Made by a program: the position numbers and the translations under genes. From positions 2,221,904-2,285,903 of the forward strand of contig CAWEHW010000004.1 of assembly GCA_963809045.1 (NCBI GenBank): DNA of 64,000 nucleotides, in the 5' to 3' direction. The number at the start of each line of letters is the position of its first letter. The stretch's first letter is position 1. The stretch comes from an uncultured Chloroflexia bacterium. Its GTDB lineage: Bacteria; Chloroflexota; Limnocylindria; Limnocylindrales; CSP1-4. Positions 18,840 through 27,478 of this stretch are shown here, piece by piece. The notes under the pieces are model-generated. The model saw only the letters and a list, made by a program, of their open reading frames with translations, did not search any database and was not told where the DNA came from.

Positions 18840-21539
18840 TCAGGTTGCCGGAATGACCGCCTCCGAGCCAGTGCCGGACCGAGCCTTGAACCGCGGGATC
18901 GCTTCCTGGACGAGGAACTCGAGGATGGCGTCCGTGTTCATGGAGGCTCCCAGGCGGACGTGTTCCGCGAATTCCGGCTTCTGCGCGTCCGCGCGCATGG
19001 CCTGGATCACGGTTCCCAGACCCAGCCAATCGCTGTCGACATCGAGGGGCGGCTGCACCCCATACCTTCGACCGTGCGCCCCGTAGGCGGCCGCGAGCGT
19101 GAGGGCCTCGGCTGGCAGCCCGGCCACGTACAGCAGCGCGGCCGAGGCCTGCAGGCTCAAAGTGATCGAGGCGACGTCGCCCATCGCATGGGAAATGAGC
19201 AATCCACGCATGCCCATGTCGACGGCCCCACCGAGATCGCCCTTTGCAAACGCGACGCCGCCAAGCGCGGTGGTTGCCAAGGCGATGTAGTACGCATCGC
19301 CCGCAGCTTCCGACTTGGGCAACGTGTCGCGTGCGATTCGCTCGGCCTCTGCGATATTTCCCTGGGCCATGAGGGCAAACGCTTCCGTCCAGGCAACGCG
19401 CGTCACGAGTTGCTCGTCCCCCACCCTGCGAGCGAGCATGGCTGCCTCTGCCCGAATGCGCGACACCGCCTCCGGATCCGGGTCCGTGACGAAGCGCGTA
19501 TGCGCCAGGTTGAACAGCGCTTCGGCGAGACCCTGGTCGTCTCCAAGCTGGCGCGCCATGTCCACTTGAGACTGGTACAGCACGTCCGCGGCCGGTACAT
19601 CGCCGCCCCACCAGGCCAGCCCGCCTGCGGCCTCGAGCCCACGCATCCGCCATCCGGTCGCGGCGTCGGCACCCGGCATCGCCAGGACCTGGGCAGCTCG
19701 ATCGCGTCCCTCGGCGACATGGCCGCGGAACTGCCAGTACCGCCAGAGAGCTGCCAGCAGCCGGTGGGCGATCTCGGCCTCGCCGGTCTCGAGCGCCCAG
19801 GCCATGGCGCCGCGCATGTTGTCTCGCTCCACGACCAGGCGATCGAGCCACGGGACCTGGTCCTTGCCGGGCATGTGCCTGGCGGCTTCCTCGGTGAAGG
19901 CCAGGTAGGCGGTCGCGTGGCGGCGCTGGATCGTTTCGCGCTCCTCGGTCTCGGCCAGCCGCGCGGAGGCAAACATCCGGATCGTTTCAAGGAGCCGGAA
20001 CCGCGGCACGTCGGGTCCGGCCATCGACTGGATGAGACTGTGGTCGGCGAGGGTGGTCAATCCTTCGATGACGTCGACGCCGAGGCCTCCGTCCAATGCA
20101 CCGACCGCCTCGCCCTCCTCCAGCCGGAACCCGCCGGCGAACACCGAGAGGCGAGCGAGCAGACGCTGCGACGGCGCATCGAGCAGGTCGTAACTCCACG
20201 CGATCGCCTGCTCGAGTGTCTGCTGTCGCGCCGGCAGGTCTCTGGACTTGCCACCCGGCACATCCAGCTGCTTGCGCAGGCGCTCCGCGAGCGCCCGAGG
20301 CGGGAACATGCCGACCCGGGACGCCGCAAGCTCGATCCCGAGGGGCAGGCCATCGAGCCGCTGGCAGATCTCTGCGACGGCCGCCGTGTCCTCGACCGAG
20401 AGCGAGAACCCGGGCTTCACGCGGCCGGCTCGCTCGACGAACAGGCGCACCGATTCGCTCTCGAGCGCGTCGTCGGTCCGGTCGGACAGGTCGGGCACGC
20501 CCAGCGGCGCGACGGGATATTCCTGCTCGACCGAGAGTCGGAGCGGCGCCCGGCTCGTCACCAGCACGTGCAGCCGGGGCGCCGCCTGGAGGAGCTCGCC
20601 GATCCGCGGCGCCGCGTCGATGACCTGCTCGAAGTTGTCGAGCACCAGCAGCGTCTCGCGGTCGGCCAGGTAGGCGGCGAGGCGGTCGGCGGGTGTCGTC
20701 CCCGGCGATTCCACCAGCGAGAAGCTCGACGCGATCGCCGCCATGACCAGCTCCGGATCGCGAACCGCGTCGAGGGTGACGAGCCACGCCCCGTCCTCGA
20801 ACTGGCCGGCCACTCGTCGCGCGAGCTCGATCGCCAGCCGCGTCTTGCCCGTGCCACCGGGGCCGGTGAGTGTGACCAGCCGCTTCTCCGGCACGAGCGA
20901 GGCCAGCTCGACCAGCTCCGACACGCGGCCGATGAAGCTCGTGAGGTGGTCCGGGAGATTGCCGATGGGTCGATCGATCGGGCGCAGCGGCGGGAACTCG
21001 GAGCGCACGCCATCGATGACGAGCTGGTGGAGGCGCTCGGGCCGGGCCAGGTCCTTGAGCTGGAACTCGCCGAGGGGCTTGAGCGACGCGTCCGCCGGGA
21101 GCGCCCCCTCGACCAGGGCGCGGCTGGCGTCCGACAGCAGCACCTGGCCGCCGTGCGCGAGCTGCGCGATGCGGGCGGCCCGGTTGACGTCGACGCTGAC
21201 GTAGTCGTCCCCGCCGAGGGTGCCGATCCCCGTGTGCAGCCCCATCCGGACCCTGACCGGTGCGTCCGTGACCCAGGTGGCCTCGGCGAGCGCGCGCTGG
21301 GCCCACGCGGCGGCCGACACGGCGGCGGGCGCCTCCCGGAACATCACCAGGAACGAGTCGCCCTGGGTCCCCCGCTCCACCCCGCCGTGTGCCGAGTAGG
21401 CCTCGCGGAGGATGGCGTTGTGCTGGTCGAGGACCTGCGTGAAGACCGCCGGACCGAGATCCTGGACAAGCCGCGTCGAGCCCTCCATGTCCGAGAACAG
21501 GAAGGTCACGGTTCCGGTGGGCAGCATCCGATCGGTCAT
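18840..21539 (-). CDS. class III cyclase / P-loop NTPase / TPR multidomain signalling protein
   Basis: Start at ATG 21539 (MTDRMLPTGTVTFLFSDMEGSTRL). Cyclase core, then Walker A (LTGPGGTGKTRLA) and Walker B-like LLVLDNFEQV. Long helical-repeat C-terminus. No LuxR HTH at the end. Confidence 0.85.
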   Translation of the reverse strand: MTDRMLPTGTVTFLFSDMEGSTRLVQDLGPAVFTQVLDQHNAILREAYSAHGGVERGTQGDSFLVMFREAPAAVSAAAWAQRALAEATWVTDAPVRVRMGLHTGIGTLGGDDYVSVDVNRAARIAQLAHGGQVLLSDASRALVEGALPADASLKPLGEFQLKDLARPERLHQLVIDGVRSEFPPLRPIDRPIGNLPDHLTSFIGRVSELVELASLVPEKRLVTLTGPGGTGKTRLAIELARRVAGQFEDGAWLVTLDAVRDPELVMAAIASSFSLVESPGTTPADRLAAYLADRETLLVLDNFEQVIDAAPRIGELLQAAPRLHVLVTSRAPLRLSVEQEYPVAPLGVPDLSDRTDDALESESVRLFVERAGRVKPGFSLSVEDTAAVAEICQRLDGLPLGIELAASRVGMFPPRALAERLRKQLDVPGGKSRDLPARQQTLEQAIAWSYDLLDAPSQRLLARLSVFAGGFRLEEGEAVGALDGGLGVDVIEGLTTLADHSLIQSMAGPDVPRFRLLETIRMFASARLAETEERETIQRRHATAYLAFTEEAARHMPGKDQVPWLDRLVVERDNMRGAMAWALETGEAEIAHRLLAALWRYWQFRGHVAEGRDRAAQVLAMPGADAATGWRMRGLEAAGGLAWWGGDVPAADVLYQSQVDMARQLGDDQGLAEALFNLAHTRFVTDPDPEAVSRIRAEAAMLARRVGDEQLVTRVAWTEAFALMAQGNIAEAERIARDTLPKSEAAGDAYYIALATTALGGVAFAKGDLGGAVDMGMRGLLISHAMGDVASITLSLQASAALLYVAGLPAEALTLAAAYGAHGRRYGVQPPLDVDSDWLGLGTVIQAMRADAQKPEFAEHVRLGASMNTDAILEFLVQEAIPRFKARSGTGSEAVIPAT

Positions 21540-21629
21540 TGGCTCGCAGCATACGGCGAGCGGAACTCGGTCAACCTGTCGAGCCTGCGGCAACAACGTC
21601 GCCAATGAGCTGGCGGCGGCAGACAATTC

Positions 21630-22545
21630 TTAGCTTGCCGCTTGCCTGAACAATTCGTACCGGCGCTCGAGGCGTGCTGGATCAGGAAGATTGATGGCGC
21701 GACTTGGCAGGTGGATCAGCTGGTCATGGATCTGTTGGAGACCCACCACCAACATCTGTCCGTCAAATTCCTGGAGAACTGATGGTCGGACCTCGATAAT
21801 GTAATCGGGTCGGATTGCAAAGAAGTGCCGATCGAACGCGGCGTGATGCAGTTTGCAAAGTGCAATTCCATTGCTGACTACCGGCTCGCCCTCGGCATCA
21901 CGATCCGGAGTGATGTGTGCCGCATCCAGCAGTTCGACATGTTGCAGCCGACAAAGCGCGCACTTCTCCGCGTACGCCCGAAATCACACGCTCTCGAAAC
22001 GCGACTTGGTGGAGTCGACGGCGGAATGTCGCAGTGACGTAGGCGCGACGTGGTTCCGCCATGTCCTCCCCTGCCAAAACAGGTTCCGAGCTCTGGCGCA
22101 CAGAAGCGAACAGATCGTCAACTTGGACGGAGAAGCGAAGCCGCTCTGGATAATCCCCGACGATGAATGCCGGGTAGGCAGCAACGTAGCTCCCGGGCTC
22201 AATCGCGTAGAAGTACACGATCGGAACACGCTGCGCCATTACTTGGCGCAATCCGCGATTGTCTCGATGTGCGACATCGACTCCTCGATACGCGTAACTC
22301 AGAGCGCCGGTGGCAGGATCCGATCTGTCGTCATACGAACTGTCAACCGTCGTGGTGATCGAGAGGGGAAGCTCGCACGCTGCTGGCTTCCAGATACCCG
22401 ATGGTCCAACCAGTGGGATTCGCCGGCCATCGAGGGTGAACGCTTCGAGCGCAGTCCTTGACATGGCCTCGCCGAATTCCTCCCGTTGCTGCGTTAGCCA
22501 GGCAAACACCCGAGACCTGACCTCACGATCCGCGTCTCCGATCAA
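21630..22545 (-). pseudogene. reader-domain + HNH (HNH_2-type) nuclease, disrupted by a 1-nt frameshift
   Basis: The N-terminal ORF 21898..22545 ends ...HQVAFRERVISGVRGEV.... Shifting one frame at the C-run 21977-21979 gives AYAEKCALCRLQHVELLDAAHITPDRDAEGEPVVSNGIALCKLHHAAFDRHFFAIRPDY...RQAAS-stop (TAA at 21630-21632). I translated this by hand from the reverse complement. Confidence 0.7.
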
Positions 22546-22557
22546 TGCCGATCCACC

Positions 22558-24480
22558 CTAATCGGACCCATAGGACCTGGGAGGTTCAGCGGCGCGCTTA
22601 GATGCGACTTGACTTCGCTCAATGCGGCTTAGGACAAAATCCCTCGTCGGTCCGTCCATGAAGTAGACGTAGCAGCCGCGGAGACCGCGAGTGAGCAGGA
22701 CCCGATATGTGCTCTTGACGAACTCCCGGAACTCCGCGTCCGTGACGCCGCTGCGGACGACCCGGTCGTGCGACTGGTCCCGTTGGCCGACCCACCCCCC
22801 ATCCATCGGCCGGTAAACCAGGTCAGGACCGACGATCACCCCCACGTAGTCGAACTCGAAGCCCTGTGCCGTGTACACGCAGCCGACCTGGTCGATCCCC
22901 TCCTTCGCACTCGCCCAGAAGTCGGACTTCGGGATGCCGGGACCCAGCCGCCCGACGCCATCCCTGGCGTTCCAGGGCATCGACCAGTCCGCCACCCGCA
23001 CGTCAGGTTCGAGCTGACCGGCGGCGTCGGGATCTGACCATGGCCAGCAGAAGCCGGCGACGAGCCGGGCGGTGGCGCCCTCCCCTGCCCTCACTCGAAT
23101 CACCCGCTCGAGCTCGCGGACGTCACCGACGATCTGGAAGTCGAACTCATCGTCCATCGACCACAAGACCTGCGGCGTCCGCGCGAGCTCAAGGGTGTTG
23201 TCGACCCACTGGATGAACGAATCGGAGCCGTTCGCGCGGAACTGGGCTTGAAGCTTGAAGTCGCGGACTTCGATCGATCGCTTGGCGGCCTCCTCGCGGA
23301 TGAGGTCTGTACTGCCGACCTCGCCGGGGCGCACGACCTGCAGATCATCGATGAAGAAGACCGCGACCCGGCTAGCGTCCAGGATGTCGTCGATCTGGGC
23401 CTTGCCGGTTCGAGCCTTGGCCGGGGTGAAGCGGCTCGTGCTAATCGTCCGGATTCGGTGGGCCTCGTCTAGGACTACGACGTCGAGCTTGTCGGTAACG
23501 GTCGCAGTGTCTCGGAAGTACTTGAAAAGCGCCGCCGCACGTCCACCGACGAGCTTGCGGAGGTTCTCAGTGAACGCCTTCGAGCCCGTCAGGTGGAGCG
23601 TGCTGAGACCGCGCTCGGCCAGTTCGGCGACGAGATTCAAAGCGATGACCGACTTGCCGGTGCCCGGTCCACCCTCGACCAGGAAAACTGCCGATTGCTG
23701 ATTCTGGCCGGCCGACCGAACCGAATCCATCACCGCGTTGTAAGCGACGAGCTGTTCGTCGAGCAGCGTGAACGCCGGTTGGCGACGGATGACCGCAGCG
23801 ACGTGGTCGAGCAGTCGCTTGTGCGGCTTGAAAGCGGTCGCGGCCACTCGCTCGAGGATCGCGCCTTCGTCCGGACCGCTAACCCGATGGTCTAGGAAGG
23901 TGGCGAACGCATCACGCTGGTCACCGGCGAACGACGGGCTCGTGGCGAGGAGCGTCGCGAAGTCTGCATGGTAGAGCGGCGACTTCGGGTCGTATTGGGC
24001 GTAATGGAGGTACGCGCAGGCGTCGAGGGCGATCGCACCGTCGGAGAAGGCTGGATGCGTGTCGATCAGGTAGCGCTGGTATTGGGCGACCTGGCGCGAT
24101 GGGTGGAGGTGATCGCGCGGACGGCCACCGAAGTCGACCGTAACGCAATCCGTGATGTTCGACCGACCGACTTCGGTCCATTGCTTTAGCTCGACGATGA
24201 CAGCGGAATCGCCGGTCGCAGGATTCGAACCCGTTATGAGTACGTCGAGGCGCTTCGATGAGAGCGGCAGCTTGAGTTCGACCAGGATGCCTTGGTCGGT
24301 TAGGTCCGCGAGCTGAAGAACCGTCGCCATAGCGCTCAGGGAGTTGCGCCAGGACGTAACTTCCGAAGGCGCAGGCCGATAGCGGAACTCGTCGAAGAAG
24401 CGATCGGACAGCAGGTTCGCCAAACGAGCCTGGGTGGCATCGGCGATGAATTGGTGCGTTGACCCCTGGTAGAGGTGCAC
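22558..24480 (-). CDS. DUF2075-type protein: N-terminal PD-(D/E)xK-like nuclease motif + SF1-like P-loop helicase
   Basis: 640 aa. RLD79..VIVE97-L-K99 (coordinates 24184-24246). Walker A GGPGTGKS (23650-23671). Walker B VVVLDEAHR. C-terminal VYTAQGFEFDYVGVIVGPDL and YRVLLTRGLRGCYVYF motifs. Confidence 0.85.
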   Translation of the reverse strand: MHLYQGSTHQFIADATQARLANLLSDRFFDEFRYRPAPSEVTSWRNSLSAMATVLQLADLTDQGILVELKLPLSSKRLDVLITGSNPATGDSAVIVELKQWTEVGRSNITDCVTVDFGGRPRDHLHPSRQVAQYQRYLIDTHPAFSDGAIALDACAYLHYAQYDPKSPLYHADFATLLATSPSFAGDQRDAFATFLDHRVSGPDEGAILERVAATAFKPHKRLLDHVAAVIRRQPAFTLLDEQLVAYNAVMDSVRSAGQNQQSAVFLVEGGPGTGKSVIALNLVAELAERGLSTLHLTGSKAFTENLRKLVGGRAAALFKYFRDTATVTDKLDVVVLDEAHRIRTISTSRFTPAKARTGKAQIDDILDASRVAVFFIDDLQVVRPGEVGSTDLIREEAAKRSIEVRDFKLQAQFRANGSDSFIQWVDNTLELARTPQVLWSMDDEFDFQIVGDVRELERVIRVRAGEGATARLVAGFCWPWSDPDAAGQLEPDVRVADWSMPWNARDGVGRLGPGIPKSDFWASAKEGIDQVGCVYTAQGFEFDYVGVIVGPDLVYRPMDGGWVGQRDQSHDRVVRSGVTDAEFREFVKSTYRVLLTRGLRGCYVYFMDGPTRDFVLSRIERSQVASKRAAEPPRSYGSD

Positions 24481-24603
24481 TTTCGTTCCCCCACGCCCTC
24501 AGCCGGCCGGCCACAATGGTACCGAGATTGTGGGGGCCGGCTACGCTCGTTGCGCTGGCTGTGCCTCGCTCGCATAGGCGCGATTGGTCACTTTGTGCGC
24601 CGA

Positions 24604-24643
24604 TGTAGTCACCAACCGGCATTCACGTGATACCGTGACTACA
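24604..24643. promoter_or_regulatory. 9-bp inverted repeat TGTAGTCAC...GTGACTACA with central palindrome TCACGTGA, candidate TA operator
   Basis: Read directly. Arms at 24604-24612 and 24635-24643. Inner palindrome at 24623-24630. The right arm abuts the antitoxin ATG (24643). Confidence 0.4.
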
Positions 24644-24909
24644 TGGAAGTTGGTATCCGCGACCTGAAGGCACGACTGTCGGAACATCTCGAGCGGGTGG
24701 CGGGCGGCGAGACCATCACCGTCACGAGTCGCGGCCGGCGCGTTGCACAGATCGTCCCGTTGGTCGGGCGCGCCAACCTGGAGCGCGGCCTGGCCGAGGG
24801 TTGGCTCACCCGAAAGGTAGATCGAGTACCGGAGCCAGTTGCGCGTCAACGCCCCCGACCCGGCACGCCGACCACCACGGAGCTCATTTCGCGCGATCGG
24901 GATGCATGA
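24643..24909 (+). CDS. Phd/YefM-family type II antitoxin
   Basis: MEVGIRDLKARLSEHLERVAGGETITVTSRGRRVAQIVP is the Phd/YefM N-terminal pattern. Stop overlaps the PIN toxin start (ATGA). Confidence 0.8.
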   Translation: MEVGIRDLKARLSEHLERVAGGETITVTSRGRRVAQIVPLVGRANLERGLAEGWLTRKVDRVPEPVARQRPRPGTPTTTELISRDRDA

Positions 24910-25310
24910 CCGTCTACCTGGATAGCAGCGCGTTCGTCAAGCGCTACGTCGCCGAAGACGGGAGCGACAGGCTTGACGTCCTCTTGTCCAACGATCCCGA
25001 GTGGGTCACGGCCGGCCATACCCTCGTTGAGGTCGTCCTGGCCCTGCATCGGCGTCTCGGCGACACCGAGTGGATCGTCGCCAGGGACGCCTTCGAGCGC
25101 GACTGGGAGCGGTCCTACATCGTCTCGCTCGACGACGAGGCCTGTCGGCGAGCGGCTGAATTCGGCGTCGCGGCGGGCGCGCGGACACTCGACGCGCTGC
25201 ATCTGGCCGCTGCGGATCGCGTTGGCGGCAGGTCCATCCCGATCGTGACCTTTGACATCCGCCTCGGAGTGGCCGCGCGCGCCCTCGGTTTCAGCGTCAT
25301 CGGGGCGTGA
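24906..25310 (+). CDS. vapC: PIN-domain toxin VapC
   Basis: MTVYLDSSAFVKRYV..., ...TLVEVVLAL..., ...TLDALHLAAA..., ...IVTFDIRL: PIN acidic motifs. Confidence 0.85.
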   Translation: MTVYLDSSAFVKRYVAEDGSDRLDVLLSNDPEWVTAGHTLVEVVLALHRRLGDTEWIVARDAFERDWERSYIVSLDDEACRRAAEFGVAAGARTLDALHLAAADRVGGRSIPIVTFDIRLGVAARALGFSVIGA

Positions 25311-25385
25311 CGGCAGCGAGTCCCTGGATCGTCGCAGCGACGGATCGAATCAACCGAAGCGTGCGGGCATTCCGCAGGCCAATGA

Positions 25386-25796
25386 CTACTGCGACGGCCC
25401 CATCGGCGGCAGCCGAAACTCGCATTGCGGCCCAGGCGCCCTGGCGACGCGGCGGTCCAACGTGACCAGCGGCAGGTCCAATGCCTCCGCCAGGGCCACG
25501 TACCACGCGTCGTATGCGGTCAGGTTGTCGCGCAGCGTCCAGACGCGCTCTGCGTGCGGCTCATACGGGAAGAGGTCAACGCGAAGTCGGACGAGGTCAC
25601 CGTGCGCCAGGGCGGCCACGTCGACCGACAGGTCTCCTGCCCGCACAGCCCGCCGGAGCGTATTCGCAACCTCGACCGGCATCAGGTGCGGTGCCACGAG
25701 GTCCTCGCGAGCGAGCATCGATTCGGCCCATTCGCCATCTGATCCGCCATCGACCAGTGCGGCAACGATCACGCTCGCATCAACGACGACGGTCAC
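25386..25796 (-). CDS. vapC: PIN-domain toxin VapC
   Basis: MTVVVDASVIVAALV..., ...LMPVEVANTL..., ...AYDAWYVALAE..., ...LVTLDRRV: PIN motifs. 4-nt overlap with the upstream antitoxin. Confidence 0.85.
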   Translation of the reverse strand: MTVVVDASVIVAALVDGGSDGEWAESMLAREDLVAPHLMPVEVANTLRRAVRAGDLSVDVAALAHGDLVRLRVDLFPYEPHAERVWTLRDNLTAYDAWYVALAEALDLPLVTLDRRVARAPGPQCEFRLPPMGPSQ

Positions 25797-26026
25797 CTCC
25801 GATCGGCGTCCCGGTACTCGAGAATCCGTTCGGCTGGGAGCCTGGATGACGTTGCACGGCTTCGCGAGCGTGCCCCCGCGAGAACATCCCCCACGGAGGG
25901 TTTCCGCGCAAGCTCGATCAGCTCCGCACGCAAATGCTCCTGGAGCGACCGACCGACCCGCGCAGCGCGGGCAGCGAGTTCGGCGCGCACAGGCTCGGGA
26001 ACGTTTCGAATGGTGATGGACGGCAT
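25793..26026 (-). CDS. vapB: type II antitoxin (FitA/VapB-like, Arc/RHH type)
   Basis: MPSITIRNVPEPVRAELAARAARVGRSLQEHLRAELIELA is the typical plasmid-stability/VapB N-terminus. 77 aa. Confidence 0.75.
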   Translation of the reverse strand: MPSITIRNVPEPVRAELAARAARVGRSLQEHLRAELIELARKPSVGDVLAGARSRSRATSSRLPAERILEYRDADRR

Positions 26027-26099
26027 GATGTCATTGTGCTGCTAATGCATGCAGAGTGCAAGCGCTGGTGACTGACCCGATGGCGAGTGCGGGAGACGT

Positions 26100-26744
26100 C
26101 TACTCCGGCAGCCGCGGATAGCAGCCCTGGACCCTGATCCCGGTCGAAAGGTCGTCTGGCGTGAATGAGCCGGCGAGCAGGATGCCTTCGAGGTAGTACG
26201 GATCCTCGTACGAGCCTGCCGCCGAGGCCCGGCTGACCTGCGCCATGACCGCGTCACCGGCGCTGGCGAACAATGCCCCGGTTTCGTCGTAGACCGTCGC
26301 TTCGGGTTCGAAGTAGAGCTCGAAGCCCGCCGGCCACAACACGCGCAGGATCGTCCCATCCGGCGAGGCAAGCCAGACGGGCTCGTCGACGCTGAAGGTA
26401 GCGCCACCCTCGAGGTGCCCGAACACGGGGTTGTCCACGCCCATGGAGTCGCAGCCAACCGGACTGCCATCCCGCATCCGGGACCACGCGAACGTTCGAA
26501 TTGCGATCGCCGTGGAACTCGCGGATGGCAGCGGCGAGGGAACGGTCGTCGCTGACGGGCCAGGAGTGGTCGCAGGCGCGCTGCTGGGACGCTCCGTTGG
26601 AGATGGTGTTGCCAGGATGGATCCCTGTGGCGACGCTGACGACGCGCCCGGACCACAGCCCACCAGGGTCATGACGACGACGGCGAAGGCAATGAGCGGC
26701 AGCCAGTCGGCCGCCGCCCTCTGCGATTGAGAGATTCGCGTCAT
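26100..26744 (-). CDS. lipoprotein with Ser/Pro/Thr-rich linker, hypothetical
   Basis: Start at ATG 26744 (MTRISQSQR). Signal peptide plus lipobox (FAVVVMTLVGC), S/P/T linker, C-terminal domain. Confidence 0.55.
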   Translation of the reverse strand: MTRISQSQRAAADWLPLIAFAVVVMTLVGCGPGASSASPQGSILATPSPTERPSSAPATTPGPSATTVPSPLPSASSTAIAIRTFAWSRMRDGSPVGCDSMGVDNPVFGHLEGGATFSVDEPVWLASPDGTILRVLWPAGFELYFEPEATVYDETGALFASAGDAVMAQVSRASAAGSYEDPYYLEGILLAGSFTPDDLSTGIRVQGCYPRLPE

Positions 26745-26893
26745 ACCGTCACTGGATCTCGCATGATCCCGGCGATCACCCCGAGGACCCCCATGATCGC
26801 GACCGTCCAGGGTCGATCCGCTCCTCGAAGGCGTGCTCAGGCGCATCGGCGAAGAGCAGATCGATGTTGGCGGAGAGCTCGAGCATCGAAGTC

Positions 26894-27478
26894 CTACTCG
26901 GGCACGTAGGTCAGGAGCAGGACGCCCTTTCCGGTTGGCTTCGAGTCCACCAGCCGAAGCTTGACCGGCGGCAAGTCGTCACGGAACAGGCGCTTTCCGC
27001 TGCCCAGCACGAGCGGATGGACCATCAGCTGGTACTCGTCGACCAGATTGTCGCGGATCAGCGACTGAACAAGCTCGCCGCTGCCGATGACCAAGAGATC
27101 CTTCCCGTCCTGCGCCTTGAGCTTGCGGACCGCGTCGGCGACGTCGGTCCGGATGAGGGTCGAGTTCTGCCACGCCAGCGGCTCAGACAGGCTTGAGGAC
27201 ACCACGTACTTCTGCATCGCGTTCATAGGGCCCGCCACGGGATCGTCGGCGGGCTGATTCGGCCAGAACGCGGCGAAGTTCTCGTACGTCAGGCGGCCGA
27301 GCAGGAAACCGCCGGCGGTCGCGAACCCACCCATGACGAAGTCGCCGAAGATGTCGTCGAAGTAGGCGAGCTGCCAGCCGCCCTGGTCGAATCCGCCGCT
27401 GCGATCCTCGTTCGGATCGCCCGGTGCCTGCATGACCCCGTCGAGGGTCAGGAACTCGCTGACGATGAGCTTGCGCAT
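26894..27478 (-). CDS. dihydrofolate-reductase-family protein (RibD C-terminal domain type)
   Basis: MRKLIVSEFLTLDGVMQAPG..., ...LLGRLTYENFAAFWP..., ...KYVVSSSL..., ...LLVIGSGELVQSLIRDNLVDEYQLMVHPLVLGSGKRLF. Confidence 0.8.
   Translation of the reverse strand: MRKLIVSEFLTLDGVMQAPGDPNEDRSGGFDQGGWQLAYFDDIFGDFVMGGFATAGGFLLGRLTYENFAAFWPNQPADDPVAGPMNAMQKYVVSSSLSEPLAWQNSTLIRTDVADAVRKLKAQDGKDLLVIGSGELVQSLIRDNLVDEYQLMVHPLVLGSGKRLFRDDLPPVKLRLVDSKPTGKGVLLLTYVPE

Noticed and set aside
2216-21539. Cyclase cluster as a CBASS- or Pycsar-type defence system.
   Set aside because: These are class III cyclases fused to sensory or regulatory domains (cupin, REC, DUF4242-like, ATPase-TPR). They have no adjacent effector (TIR, patatin, TM effector, nuclease) and no CD-NTase-like sequence. 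Ordinary signalling is the better reading.
24505-24538. Imperfect hairpin (CCACAAT...ATTGTGG flanked by GGCC) 25-58 nt upstream of the DUF2075 start, as a regulatory element of the island.
   Set aside because: The stem is short (7 bp) with bulged flanks, which could be chance. I kept it only as a note, not as a feature.
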